Below are positions 9,603 through 19,656 of a DNA stretch of 36,515 bases, piece by piece. Below the pieces are notes generated by a model that saw nothing but the letters and a program-made list of their open reading frames with translations, was not told the origin of the DNA and made no database searches. Location: positions 1 through 36,515 of the IMG/VR virus record IMGVR_UViG_3300032305_001422; one strand, written 5' to 3'. Source of the DNA: a virus (lineage: Duplodnaviria; Caudoviricetes). Both the position numbers and the translations under genes were made by a program. The first letter of the stretch is position 1. Each line of letters opens with the position of its first letter.

Positions 9603-10402
9603 ACGTTTCTTCCTGTATTTACGTCAGCTGAGAAACTTGGGAATGTGTTAGTTGGAGCGCCTGACATATCAATGCCACCTTCATATGGCGCTGACTGCTC
9701 GTCTTTCTTATCCTTAGCATGATCGCCGTAGATCATGTAGTCATGAACAGCTGTTACATAATCCTTAGCAACTGCAATCTTTGACTGAACCCAAGGTTCA
9801 ACAATCTGATCGTCATTTAGCTGCATGGCGAGGTGAAGTGCCTTGTTAGCAAGAGCGCGAAGCTGAGTCTTTGCCATTTCAGCGGACTCATCGTCATCTG
9901 AACCACCAAGTAGAGGAACTGCTAGATCTTCCTTTTTAATTGACTTAGCAATATCATGTGCTTTTACAATTGTCGATTTTGCAAGAGGTGGTTTATCACC
10001 TGTACTTTTCATAGCAGCTGCCATACCAATAGCATATGGATTCTTAGCAACTTCTCTAAGAGTTTTTGTTGCCTTAGAACAATCAGCCATTTCATGTACC
10101 GGACAAGAAACACCTTCCTCTGTCATGTTGCACTTTGCGGCTTCATTTACATTTTTATCTTGTGGCTTTTTATAACCATGTTTTGGATCATTGACCTGAG
10201 AATGTTTAATATTAGTGGCTTGATAAATGTCATCGCCATTTCCAACACGATCTTCGTGTTTTTCACGCTCATGCTTCTTTACAAACTCTTGTTCGTTTGG
10301 AGCTTTTGGAGCATAGTCTACACCAGGATCAGAACCAGTAGAACCTGGAACTATCTTTGATTTCTTTACGCCATTTAGAATGTCTTTTAATAACTTAGGC
10401 AT
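9599..10402 (-). CDS. Probable prohead core / internal head protein (gp68-position)
   Basis: Between gp20 and gp21; charged and modular (NPYAIGMAAAMK...KAH.IAK and MA..QL...EPWVQSKI..A.DY helical modules separated by candidate ...xE protease sites). Confidence 0.6.
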   Translation of the reverse strand: MPKLLKDILNGVKKSKIVPGSTGSDPGVDYAPKAPNEQEFVKKHEREKHEDRVGNGDDIYQATNIKHSQVNDPKHGYKKPQDKNVNEAAKCNMTEEGVSCPVHEMADCSKATKTLREVAKNPYAIGMAAAMKSTGDKPPLAKSTIVKAHDIAKSIKKEDLAVPLLGGSDDDESAEMAKTQLRALANKALHLAMQLNDDQIVEPWVQSKIAVAKDYVTAVHDYMIYGDHAKDKKDEQSAPYEGGIDMSGAPTNTFPSFSADVNTGRNV

Positions 10403-10413
10403 TTTGGTTTTCC

Positions 10414-10641
10414 TTACTCTTCTGAATCAAAATCATCTTCATCATCAAAAAAGTCTTCATCTTCATCATCTTCAGGACCATCATTATTAAATATTGATTT
10501 TGCAATATCGGCTTTTTGAGCTTCAATTGCTGATGAAATTCTATCTGTTATAATAGACTTAAATGCATCTGCAAATTCAATAGGCTTTTGGCTAGAACTA
10601 AAGTTAATAAGATCCGCCAGTCTATATTCAATCTCTGTCAT
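10414..10641 (-). CDS. Small prohead core protein (gp67-like position)
   Basis: 75 aa helical protein with an acidic tail, directly after the portal; GGAG SD. Confidence 0.6.
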   Translation of the reverse strand: MTEIEYRLADLINFSSSQKPIEFADAFKSIITDRISSAIEAQKADIAKSIFNNDGPEDDEDEDFFDDEDDFDSEE

Positions 10642-10650
10642 TATTCACTC

Positions 10651-12381
10651 CTATTTATTTCTTGCTACAATTTGGAGAGCTGATTTATATTTAGATTCAT
10701 CTTGAATAGAACGGTTATCAGCACCCTTTTCTTTCATTTGCTTAATAGTCAATTCTGCATTACGTACTTTTTCAGCTTTATCTGGATCAGTTGAAGAATT
10801 AGCATCTACACCATCATCAACATTTTGACTAGGATCTTGACTTTGTTGTTGGTCCATCATTTCTTGTTGTTGCTGTTCCGGACTCATCCAACGAGGATCA
10901 CCCGATTCAGTCTCAATATTTATTTCTTTATCTTGTTCTTCAATATCATCATCAGATTGTTGTAGAATATTTCTACGGGCCCATTGATGTGAATAGTATT
11001 TACCAATCAATCCACCTTGTTCCATAGTCATCATTAACTGAGTTCTATTTTGAAGTACCTCGGCATCTTTTAGTTCTGTAAAATAATTATCTTTAGCAAA
11101 TTTATATTTAATTTTGGTTTCAATTTGTTCCCAATCTTCAATACTCATGATTTGTTTGAGTACTAATTGTTTTTCCAATACATGAGTGAATAATGTGGAA
11201 AATCTGGAACGCAAACGAGTAATAAATTTGGAGAACTTTACTTCATCTCTTGTAACTTCTGTTGCTCTACCAATTGAGAATAGTGCATCAGAATTTAAAC
11301 GATTGACTGGTACATTTAATGTTTGATATAATTTCTTTTGGAAATATAGAACATCGTCCATCTCACCGAGAGTTTGACCACCAGGAAGTGTAGTGACTTC
11401 AGTACCACGGCCACCTTCTCTGCGCGGTAGCCAATAATCTTCAAGCATCGTCATGAATTTTCTATCATCACGAACTTCACCGGTAGCGCCATCATAAATC
11501 AAACGATTCTTGTGCTTGACCATAATATCGCGAACGTATTGTTCAGCCTTCATCTTCGGTAGATTACCAACATCAATATACCAAATACGACGTTCTGGAG
11601 CACGAGCAAGACGATAAATGACCAATGCGTCTTCTAGTGTGCGTAATTGATTTAACGCCTTAATTGCTTTATGCATATATGAAAGAACCATTGTACCTTG
11701 TGTATCCGTCAAACCAGACATCACATACACAATGGAATCTTTAGCAATCTTTAAACCAGTAGTCGAAGGCCCAACAGCTTTATTACCGTAGTTAAAACCT
11801 TTGTCATTAAAGATAAAATATTCATTTTGAGTTTTTGGTATTACGGCAACACCACCATCGCCACCTGAAACTTTTCGTTTAGCAACTTCACGAATTTTTC
11901 TGATCTTTCGTGGATCAACATATCGAAGTTCTTTAATACCGGCTTTTGTATCAGTTTCATCAATTACAACGTGATAATAAAGTCTACCATCAATATACCA
12001 ACGGCGATATGTTTCATATGCTCTTCTATTAAAATCTAATAGACTAAGAACATTTTGAAATTCTTCACGAATAACTTTTTTAAGTTTATCGGATATTTCT
12101 ATATTATCAAGATTAATATCTACTATTGTTTCTTCATCAATATCAATTGATTCGTTGACAATTTCGTCTACTGCAGTATCAATTTCTGGCTGCAATGACA
12201 TTTCTCTATACTTAGTGACTAATTCGGCTTCAGTTCTTACAGTACCATCAAGATCAATGTATGTGCCATAAGAACCACCGGCGGCAACAATAACAGCACC
12301 ATCATCGGACTCTAAAGGAGCAAATGATGGTGCTGTATCAACAGGAATATCTCTTTTAAACGTGAACCCGAACAATTTCAT
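10651..12381 (-). CDS. gp20: Portal protein gp20
   Basis: WYIDGRLYYH, ELRYVDPRKI, IYRLARAPERR, MLEDYWLPRREGGRGTE.TTLPGG and RDE.KF.KF motifs. Confidence 0.97.
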   Translation of the reverse strand: MKLFGFTFKRDIPVDTAPSFAPLESDDGAVIVAAGGSYGTYIDLDGTVRTEAELVTKYREMSLQPEIDTAVDEIVNESIDIDEETIVDINLDNIEISDKLKKVIREEFQNVLSLLDFNRRAYETYRRWYIDGRLYYHVVIDETDTKAGIKELRYVDPRKIRKIREVAKRKVSGGDGGVAVIPKTQNEYFIFNDKGFNYGNKAVGPSTTGLKIAKDSIVYVMSGLTDTQGTMVLSYMHKAIKALNQLRTLEDALVIYRLARAPERRIWYIDVGNLPKMKAEQYVRDIMVKHKNRLIYDGATGEVRDDRKFMTMLEDYWLPRREGGRGTEVTTLPGGQTLGEMDDVLYFQKKLYQTLNVPVNRLNSDALFSIGRATEVTRDEVKFSKFITRLRSRFSTLFTHVLEKQLVLKQIMSIEDWEQIETKIKYKFAKDNYFTELKDAEVLQNRTQLMMTMEQGGLIGKYYSHQWARRNILQQSDDDIEEQDKEINIETESGDPRWMSPEQQQQEMMDQQQSQDPSQNVDDGVDANSSTDPDKAEKVRNAELTIKQMKEKGADNRSIQDESKYKSALQIVARNK

Positions 12382-13031
12382 TCTATAATACCTTTATCAA
12401 ATCTAGAACTATCTTTAAAGCATTGCCATCCTTGTATGGGCTTTTCTTTCTTTGCAGAAAGCCAAAGATTTGAAGGGCTTGTTGCAATATTATTATCTTT
12501 GCAACCTTTTTTTAGATTCATAAATGAAAATACAACACCAGAAGGCGAGATAACAGTCCATAAAATCTTTGCTTGACCTATGCTATTTTTTAATTTATGA
12601 TCATCGGACTTAGGTTTACCCTTTTGGGCAGCATAAGCATTGTTATTCTTTCCCGACTGATTAACATGTGGTCTCTTACCACGAAGTTTTCTTTTATGTT
12701 CTTCAGTTTTAGGTCTTGAAAGCTTTTGCTTTGTCTCTTCGGAATGTCTCTCTATATAAGGTCGGCCATCTCCATTGTGCTTATTATAAAACATAGGATC
12801 TCGGGCCGCATTGGCTGACTTTAGGATTGTGGCTTCAAGTTTCAATAGATCTTTATATGTACCTGTAGCCACAATCTCTCTCTTAAAGTCTGATTGTCTT
12901 TCATTGTATTCTTTAAGCATGACTTTACTAGAACAAATATAGCCGTCATCGAAGGGCCCTTTATGAACCCCGACATACAACTTATTTGTTTTTATATCAG
13001 ACCAACAATACACAAAAGAATCGGCTATCAT
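12378..13031 (-). mobile_element. Free-standing Seg-like GIY-YIG homing endonuclease gene with NUMOD3-like repeats
   Basis: FVY-x10-YVG, GYICSS, conserved E and YN; HSEETKQKLS, KTEEHKRKL and KSDDHKLKNS DNA-binding repeats; inserted between gp19 and gp20. Confidence 0.85.
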
Positions 13032-13048
13032 ATTTTATTTTCCAAAAT

Positions 13049-13072
13049 TTAGAGGGGAATATTCCCCTCTAA
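13049..13072. terminator. Perfect 24 bp palindrome; hairpin/attenuator after gp19
   Basis: TTAGAGGGGAAT|ATTCCCCTCTAA, followed on the minus strand by ATTTT. Confidence 0.6.
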
Positions 13073-13087
13073 CATGTTATTCAATAC

Positions 13088-13095
13088 TACTTATA
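13088..13095 (-). promoter_or_regulatory. Variant late promoter TATAAGTA
   Basis: One mismatch to TATAAATA, just after the gp19 stop. Confidence 0.45.
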
Positions 13096-13097
13096 CT

Positions 13098-13721
13098 TTA
13101 TTGATTTGGACCCTGTGTACCAGCTGGTTTAGCATTACCTGATATACCAGTATCCAGATCGGCTATGGAACCCGTAATATTAGCGGGTACCCAATAATCA
13201 TATGAAAATGTTACGTCAAATGTTTGAATACGATTTGTTGCCTCCCAATCAAGAGCCATGTTTCCAACATTCGTTGGAAATATACCAACAAATTCGTATC
13301 CTCTAAGAATACTTTTACCAGATCTTCCAAATTGTCTTACAATAGCGCTGGAAGCTTTATAACCATTATTGCCACCAGTCGTTGAAGGCAATTGTTTATT
13401 GGCTACTAATTGATTAATTTGATTTGACCAGGCTTCAAACATAGTTCTTATTGCAAAATCTTCATCATTTTGAATAGTTACAGTCCAATCAGCAAATGTA
13501 CGATCACCTGCTAATTTAATTTGACGACCAAAATAACTAACATCAATTGATCCAACTGTTGCTGCAGGTATTTCAGAAGCGCTGCACGTAAATATAAATT
13601 TTTCCAAAATGGTTGAACTTATTTGAAGTGGTGGACTAACAAGTTCAACTTCAAATAGTGACGGTCTTGCACCACCACCTGTAAGACCTTTAGCACGAAA
13701 TTCATCGATATTAAATGCCAT
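13098..13721 (-). CDS. gp19: Tail tube protein gp19
   Basis: GGARPSLFEV, YFGRQIKLAGDRTFADWTVT..NDEDF.IR..FE.W and F.VTF.YDYW motifs. Confidence 0.96.
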   Translation of the reverse strand: MAFNIDEFRAKGLTGGGARPSLFEVELVSPPLQISSTILEKFIFTCSASEIPAATVGSIDVSYFGRQIKLAGDRTFADWTVTIQNDEDFAIRTMFEAWSNQINQLVANKQLPSTTGGNNGYKASSAIVRQFGRSGKSILRGYEFVGIFPTNVGNMALDWEATNRIQTFDVTFSYDYWVPANITGSIADLDTGISGNAKPAGTQGPNQ

Positions 13722-13746
13722 TTGTTTAACTCCTATTTTTTATTTA

Positions 13747-15864
13747 TTATGATTGACCGATGATGGTTGAGAATTCAACACCTGTTCTAACGGCAACAAA
13801 GTTCAACTGGATAAAGTTAATCGAACGATTTGGCTTGATGTAAATATCACCCCAGAACTCATTACGATTAATTCTTTCAGCCGTATTGTTTGTAGCATCA
13901 CAAACAACAAGGAAGTCTGTAATACCACGACGAGCTTGAACGTCACGCAGAAAAGGAATAACTAGATTTTTGAATTGTGATCTTGTAAACTCATCGTTGA
14001 ATTCAAACAATGAGAATCTTGAAGAATTAGAAATAGCTTTTTCAAGAGTAATAAACAAGCGACGAACATTAATACGATCGAATGCGGAAGGCCTTTTAGT
14101 ACCTGTCTTATCACCAAATAAAATAGTACCTTGACCAGGAAATGTTACAACTGGATTTACGGCGTTTTTATAGAGAAGATCTCTACTAGGTAGTGTTGGA
14201 TTATAACGTAGCTTTACAATATTCCTGATTTGGCCACGATTAAACCCAGCTGGCGAAAACCAGGTATCATTAGTTGTTTCTGTTCTTGCGCAAAGACCAG
14301 CAATATCACCATTTAGTGGAACATAACGATATACATCATTATAACGATCATACATATACTTATATGAACTGTCTGAAACATAATATGTTGAATCCGCTAC
14401 CGCACCAAACCAGTTAACAATCGATGTTGCTTCATTTCCTGGATTTGAACGAGCAGTTGCATCATCTGGTGAAATAAATGCGATACAATCTTTACGCGTT
14501 TCACAAATATTTTGGATAATATAGTTAGCCAGTTGGAAGTTAGCAACAGACTGTCCATTTACAACTGTTGACCCACCCGTTGGCTTACCTTGAAGAACCA
14601 AGGAAATATCAACCTGTTCAGTAGAATTAAACAGATCATAACCTGTTGCAAGAGAACCTACAGGAATATTACTTTCGGAATAACCATCAGTACCACCACT
14701 AAAATCCAATGTAAGAGGTACTAAATTTGTTGAAGAAGTAATATTCAATGCTGTATTTGATACAGCGCCTGAGCGGTCATTTGCCCACCATATATAAGCA
14801 GAACCATCATTAATTACTGTCTTATAGTATAGAGAAGCACCATTGTCAGATTTTGCATCGGTTGCACGTGATAAATTTTCGAATACTTCAAGCACTCCAC
14901 CAGGAGTTCCTGTAAATTGACCGTCTTGGTCAACTACTACTACGTGCATGGTATCAACAGCAGCAGAATTACCATAATTAGTGACATAGTTAGAAGTTAC
15001 AGGTGCGCCATTAGTACGATTAACATATTGCCAAGATCTTGTCACACTTATAACAGTTGAATTTCCATTCGTTGTTGTATTTGCAACGAAGTCTGTTGAA
15101 AGTTTAAAAACCGAATCAAATCCAAGTGTAAGTACAGAATTGGTGTTTGCAACATTCGCTACTGCGTTTGCAATACTTGTTATTTTTAAATATTGTGTAC
15201 CAATTGACGAATTACCAACTGTGATTAGATCACCAATAATAACATTAGCAGCAATTCCTGTTGCATACGTATTTGCAGCAGTACTGTTTGTTTGAGCAAC
15301 AAAGTTAAATGTACCAGTATTCGATCCAACACTTATTGTAAATGAACCAGTGATTGTATTACTTGCTTGTGAACCAATCAATGCCAAATTTGAACTATAT
15401 GCATTGACACTGCTGCATATAGAAACACGGAGGGAATTACCAAGATCACCGGGGCATTTCGCGACATAAAGAGTATTAGCATCAAAAGTAGCTACATTAT
15501 TTAAATAATCAGTTCTATTTTTTACCACATTTAATAAAACGTTTGCTACAGGACCAGTGTTTGCAAGTGCATTTAATGCACCAACTGTTGAAGTTGTATT
15601 TGTTGTATTTGCTGCACGAACAACATATAGTGCACTGCTATATGCTAGGAAGTTAGCAGCAGTAAAGAATGTCTCGTAGTTATTAGCATTCGGTTTGCCA
15701 AATGTATTAATGAGGTTTGTTTCGTTGGTGATTAGAACGCGTTCACCTACGGGTCCCCACTTAAAAACACCTGCGATAGCGCCGGCTACGGTGGAAATAC
15801 CAGGAACGATCGTTGTAAGATCAATCTCAGTTACATTTACACCAGGACTTACTTGATATGCCAT
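13747..15864 (-). CDS. gp18: Tail sheath protein gp18
   Basis: SPGV.V.EIDLT, F.WGP, FFTAANFL.Y, WFSPAGFNRG, AFDRINVRRLF and IKP.RSINFI.LNFVA motifs. Confidence 0.97.
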   Translation of the reverse strand: MAYQVSPGVNVTEIDLTTIVPGISTVAGAIAGVFKWGPVGERVLITNETNLINTFGKPNANNYETFFTAANFLAYSSALYVVRAANTTNTTSTVGALNALANTGPVANVLLNVVKNRTDYLNNVATFDANTLYVAKCPGDLGNSLRVSICSSVNAYSSNLALIGSQASNTITGSFTISVGSNTGTFNFVAQTNSTAANTYATGIAANVIIGDLITVGNSSIGTQYLKITSIANAVANVANTNSVLTLGFDSVFKLSTDFVANTTTNGNSTVISVTRSWQYVNRTNGAPVTSNYVTNYGNSAAVDTMHVVVVDQDGQFTGTPGGVLEVFENLSRATDAKSDNGASLYYKTVINDGSAYIWWANDRSGAVSNTALNITSSTNLVPLTLDFSGGTDGYSESNIPVGSLATGYDLFNSTEQVDISLVLQGKPTGGSTVVNGQSVANFQLANYIIQNICETRKDCIAFISPDDATARSNPGNEATSIVNWFGAVADSTYYVSDSSYKYMYDRYNDVYRYVPLNGDIAGLCARTETTNDTWFSPAGFNRGQIRNIVKLRYNPTLPSRDLLYKNAVNPVVTFPGQGTILFGDKTGTKRPSAFDRINVRRLFITLEKAISNSSRFSLFEFNDEFTRSQFKNLVIPFLRDVQARRGITDFLVVCDATNNTAERINRNEFWGDIYIKPNRSINFIQLNFVAVRTGVEFSTIIGQS

Positions 15865-15910
15865 TTGTTATCTCTCCTTTTTTATAAAAAATGTATTTCA
15901 AACTCTTGTT

Positions 15911-15918
15911 TATTTATA
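15911..15918 (-). promoter_or_regulatory. Late promoter TATAAATA upstream of gp18
   Basis: Exact consensus overlapping the gp17 stop codon. Confidence 0.72.
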
Positions 15919-17584
15919 AAATATTGTTCTCTGGCTCATTATACGTATCAACGACCATCCAACGATCACCTGAAACTTCAATAATAATTCTTTCCTCGGT
16001 TCCATCTTGAATAAAACCAAATGGAGCAAGATCTTGCATAACTTCTTCTTCATTTTTTTCGCGAAGATTTGCTAATGTATTTATGGAAGTGAGTTCTTTA
16101 AAATAAAGTTGATCCGATAACCAAGCAAACAGTACAAGACCCATCACCAAGTCATCATGTTTACCTGGTTCCGCTTCATATGTATTACCTTTTTTGGAAA
16201 AAGTAGATAATTCATTAATTGTACTTAGATCATTAATGATTAACTGATTACCTTCAATTAAAAGTTTTAATATTGAACAACCGGTTTGTTTTACAATTTT
16301 TGTAGTTCGAACACCTTTGTCAGTACTACCACCACTAAAACCCGACGTGACTTGTTTTCCTGATCTACCACCACCGGCAGTTGTAGATAATACATTATCA
16401 TATTCAAAATCAAAATGTAATGAATCTGCTACCTGTCCACCAATATCATTAATTTCAACAAGAATACCGGCATTATTATAAGATTTGGAAACCCTATGGA
16501 TTACATCGGCATAATCTATCGGGGTCATCATATTACTTTTAAAAACACATACTTGTTTATATGGCATCGCACTTATATCAAATACACTAAACGCCGAATA
16601 GTCTAGACCTTTACCACGTGAAACGTCAGCCACACAAACATATTGTTTATTCTTTTCAGGTGAATCATAAAGTTTCAAGCCATCCTTGGCATGAAGAGGT
16701 GTCTTATAGACGAGTTCTTTTAACTTCCAACCTGCAATAAGAGTACCCGATGATCCTTGAAATTCTACTTCAAATTCTTGTGCAAATTTTTCGGTATCAA
16801 AGTTAATACCTGCTAATGTATCTTGTCGCCATTTTTCATCACGACCTGGGACTCTGTCCCATTTTACCATTATAGGTTTATAGTTGTTCTTATCTTCTAA
16901 TGCATTTTGCCAAATAGCATAAAAATGATTTAAACCATTTGGTGTTGAAACAAGAATAACCTGGGAAGTATTACCGGATGAAATCGTAGGATAAACTGAG
17001 GTAAAGAATTCATCCCAGTTATCAATAAATGCAGCCTCATCAATGAATAGAAGATTGATACTGAAACCACGAATATTATCGGCCGATGTGGCAGTAGCAA
17101 GAACTCTGCTATTATTTTCAAGAACAAATGAACCTTTATTCCATTCAAGAACACCATGTTGCATCCATTTTGGAAGATGCTGATATGCTAATTGAATTTT
17201 ACCTAAAATTTCACGAGCGGTATCGGCTTTATTAGCAAGCAAAGCCACGTTTTTATCATTATTAAAAAGAATATACCATAAAATAAAAGCACATGTTGTA
17301 GTAGATTTGCCAGCCTGTCGTGAAGTAGCCATAATATTATAACGATTTTCAGCCATTGCCTTAAGCATTTCAATTTGATAATCATATGGTTCAAACGGGA
17401 TTAGACCTTTATCCACGTTAACAATTTTCATATAATTACTAACGAAATATACAACATCTTGTGAACACTTGACCATCTCTTCGATCATGGTCGGTGTCCA
17501 ATTTACATCAATCCCTGCTCGTTTTAAATTAGGATTGCCCATATAAGCTTTAAAATTTGGAATTATTTCTGCATTAGTATTCAT
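15914..17584 (-). CDS. gp17: Large terminase gp17
   Basis: YMGNPNLK, Walker A SRQAGKST, Walker B LFIDEAAF, STPNGLNHF, nuclease DVSRG.GLDYS and HDDLVM motifs. Start could be 17584 or 17599. Confidence 0.97.
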   Translation of the reverse strand: MNTNAEIIPNFKAYMGNPNLKRAGIDVNWTPTMIEEMVKCSQDVVYFVSNYMKIVNVDKGLIPFEPYDYQIEMLKAMAENRYNIMATSRQAGKSTTTCAFILWYILFNNDKNVALLANKADTAREILGKIQLAYQHLPKWMQHGVLEWNKGSFVLENNSRVLATATSADNIRGFSINLLFIDEAAFIDNWDEFFTSVYPTISSGNTSQVILVSTPNGLNHFYAIWQNALEDKNNYKPIMVKWDRVPGRDEKWRQDTLAGINFDTEKFAQEFEVEFQGSSGTLIAGWKLKELVYKTPLHAKDGLKLYDSPEKNKQYVCVADVSRGKGLDYSAFSVFDISAMPYKQVCVFKSNMMTPIDYADVIHRVSKSYNNAGILVEINDIGGQVADSLHFDFEYDNVLSTTAGGGRSGKQVTSGFSGGSTDKGVRTTKIVKQTGCSILKLLIEGNQLIINDLSTINELSTFSKKGNTYEAEPGKHDDLVMGLVLFAWLSDQLYFKELTSINTLANLREKNEEEVMQDLAPFGFIQDGTEERIIIEVSGDRWMVVDTYNEPENNIL

Positions 17585-17589
17585 TTTTG

Positions 17590-17618
17590 TTGACAACATT
17601 CTTGTACTGTGTTATAAT
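17590..17618 (+). promoter_or_regulatory. Perfect sigma70-type promoter, antisense to gp16
   Basis: TTGACA (17590-17595), 17 nt spacer, TATAAT (17613-17618) with an extended TG. Confidence 0.7.
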
Positions 17619-17638
17619 AGTCTATGACATAATATGAA

Positions 17639-18085
17639 TTATTTAATAGTTCTATTTCTCATATTTTCAATCATCTTTTGTAATTCATGAGTTGAGCCAA
17701 CAAACAAATTGTTGGTGACCTGACTCTTTGCCTCTTCATCACGAGGTATGTCCGATTTATCAATTGATCGGATCTTTTCCTGAAGTTCAAGCAATTCTCT
17801 TGAGGCATTTGCAACAGTATCCATCAATTTAGCTAATACTTCATATGCCCTAGGATTCTGTGACTGTTGAGCAATTATAGTAAGTTTGGATATGGCATCG
17901 GTACCATTTTCAATAACCTCACGAATATTTGCTCTGGCAAATGTAAAATCTTCATCAGCAGAATCATCTCGTGCTTGGCTAATAATTGATGATATTGTTT
18001 TACCATAATTATTATTAATCGGTCCTAAATTTAAAGCTCTATCAATTGGATTTTCGTTATCATCATCATTGTCATCATCATTCAT
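17639..18085 (-). CDS. gp16: Small terminase gp16
   Basis: D...AR.N, PRAYEV...L and NNLFVGST.EL motifs. Confidence 0.92.
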   Translation of the reverse strand: MNDDDNDDDNENPIDRALNLGPINNNYGKTISSIISQARDDSADEDFTFARANIREVIENGTDAISKLTIIAQQSQNPRAYEVLAKLMDTVANASRELLELQEKIRSIDKSDIPRDEEAKSQVTNNLFVGSTHELQKMIENMRNRTIK

Positions 18086-18086
18086 A

Positions 18087-18908
18087 TTAAGGTTCCGTAA
18101 TAGAGGTCACATATCCGAACGTGTCCGTAGCTATAATATTTGCAACTGGTATCGACAAACTAGCATTTGATGTTGGTTTGCCATTTGCTGTAAGTCCTGG
18201 CTGAACTTGTACATACGCAGCGGCAACATTAGCCTCTCGAATATTATCACCGGTAGCTACAAAAAATTCGGTATTTGTAAATTTAATAATCTTAGTAGAT
18301 TTAACTGGTCCGTAAATATAGCCCTTAAGTGTAAAATCAAGGTTCCAAACTAATGATCTACGATTTTCAAATTGTCCATCATAAACATCTTCAATACTCA
18401 CATTGTTAAGTATAACAGGAATATCCATCGTAACATTCATCTCTGGAATAAGGTGAACTGTGGATGTCCAGTCAGGTGTAAAATATGGTAGAATTTGTTC
18501 TACAATTTTATTACCATCTTCAGCATTCTTTACCAGAATACTTAGACGGAATCCAATATTATAAGGTACTGGATTATACTGATATTTATTCTTGGATTTA
18601 TCATCAGGATTTACTACAGCAATTCGATTAATTGTCTGTAGTTTTCTTGTTCCATCATAATCAAAACTAGTCATTTCAAAAGCCATCATAGGTAATGGAT
18701 ATGTGGCTGTTGGTCGATCAATGTTTGGATCCTGAATTACGCGGGCTAACATTTTATCTTTTGGTCCATAAGTGATTGGCACACGCTCAATCATAGTAAC
18801 ATTGCCATCCTTATCTGTTCTAGAGATACGAATGTTATTAAACAGAGTTCCGAATAGTATAATATACTTGCGAATTAATGAAAAGTAAAAAGGTGTAGTA
18901 GAGAACAT
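18087..18908 (-). CDS. gp15: Tail sheath stabiliser / terminator gp15
   Basis: FGTLFNNI, VPI.YGPK.K, LP.MAFE, PVPYNI.F.L, QILPYF.P and L.FTLKGY.YGP motifs. Confidence 0.94.
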   Translation of the reverse strand: MFSTTPFYFSLIRKYIILFGTLFNNIRISRTDKDGNVTMIERVPITYGPKDKMLARVIQDPNIDRPTATYPLPMMAFEMTSFDYDGTRKLQTINRIAVVNPDDKSKNKYQYNPVPYNIGFRLSILVKNAEDGNKIVEQILPYFTPDWTSTVHLIPEMNVTMDIPVILNNVSIEDVYDGQFENRRSLVWNLDFTLKGYIYGPVKSTKIIKFTNTEFFVATGDNIREANVAAAYVQVQPGLTANGKPTSNASLSIPVANIIATDTFGYVTSITEP

Positions 18909-19651
18909 TACAGAGTACCTTCACTAAAAGGATCTATTTCACTAAAGTCAATAAAGTCATTTGAGCCTATAGGAAAGTTATTCGAACCATTTTGAATTAA
19001 ATCATTTTGTGATGCTGGATTAATAACGTCTGGCTTATATTTTTCAACAACTAGATAATTACTATCTTCATCAGTTAGATTTACACCTTCTTCGTCCATA
19101 ATAGCATAATCAAGAATATTGACAGAATAATTTTTTTGAAGATTATCAATCTCAGTAATCCCGGTATTAAACTGTTCATTACTGTATTCAAACAACTCAC
19201 ATGTTAATTCATATGTTTGTAATGCACCAAACTGATAGAACATTTCGAACTTATTAACAAATTTGATTTGAAAACATTTTTTATTAAGTGGGAAATAAAT
19301 TAAGTCGCCTTCATTAGGTCTTAATTGATTTGTTATATTTGCAACTTCTTGATTAAATGTTCTTTGTGCTATACTGAATACAACTTGGTCTCTAATTTGT
19401 AGACCAAACTTAGACATAAAGTTACCATCACCAGTAAAACCATCTACTGATTTAATATAAAGTTCAACCAAAATTGCTTGGTTATATTGTGAGGATGCAT
19501 CTTCACCAAGAAGACCATCGTAGTTGGTGATAACACGGGGAATATAGTACATATCCTCCCCGTACATACGAATTGACTCTATGATTAGATCTTCATAGAG
19601 ATTCTGTTCGTTGGATGAATCGTAGTTGCGAAAATAGAAATTGGTGGCCAC
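18908..19651 (-). CDS. gp14: Neck protein gp14
   Basis: EQ.L.EDLI.ESI..YG...YY.PR, SKFGLQI.D, RP.EGDLIYFP and DFSE.DPF motifs; GTG start. Confidence 0.94.
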   Translation of the reverse strand: MATNFYFRNYDSSNEQNLYEDLIIESIRMYGEDMYYIPRVITNYDGLLGEDASSQYNQAILVELYIKSVDGFTGDGNFMSKFGLQIRDQVVFSIAQRTFNQEVANITNQLRPNEGDLIYFPLNKKCFQIKFVNKFEMFYQFGALQTYELTCELFEYSNEQFNTGITEIDNLQKNYSVNILDYAIMDEEGVNLTDEDSNYLVVEKYKPDVINPASQNDLIQNGSNNFPIGSNDFIDFSEIDPFSEGTL

Positions 19652-19656
19652 TTAAA

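Noticed and set aside
3271-17599. Inteins or introns in uvsW, gp23, gp20 or gp17
   Set aside because: Proteins are continuous, of near-normal length, with no splice-junction motifs seen.
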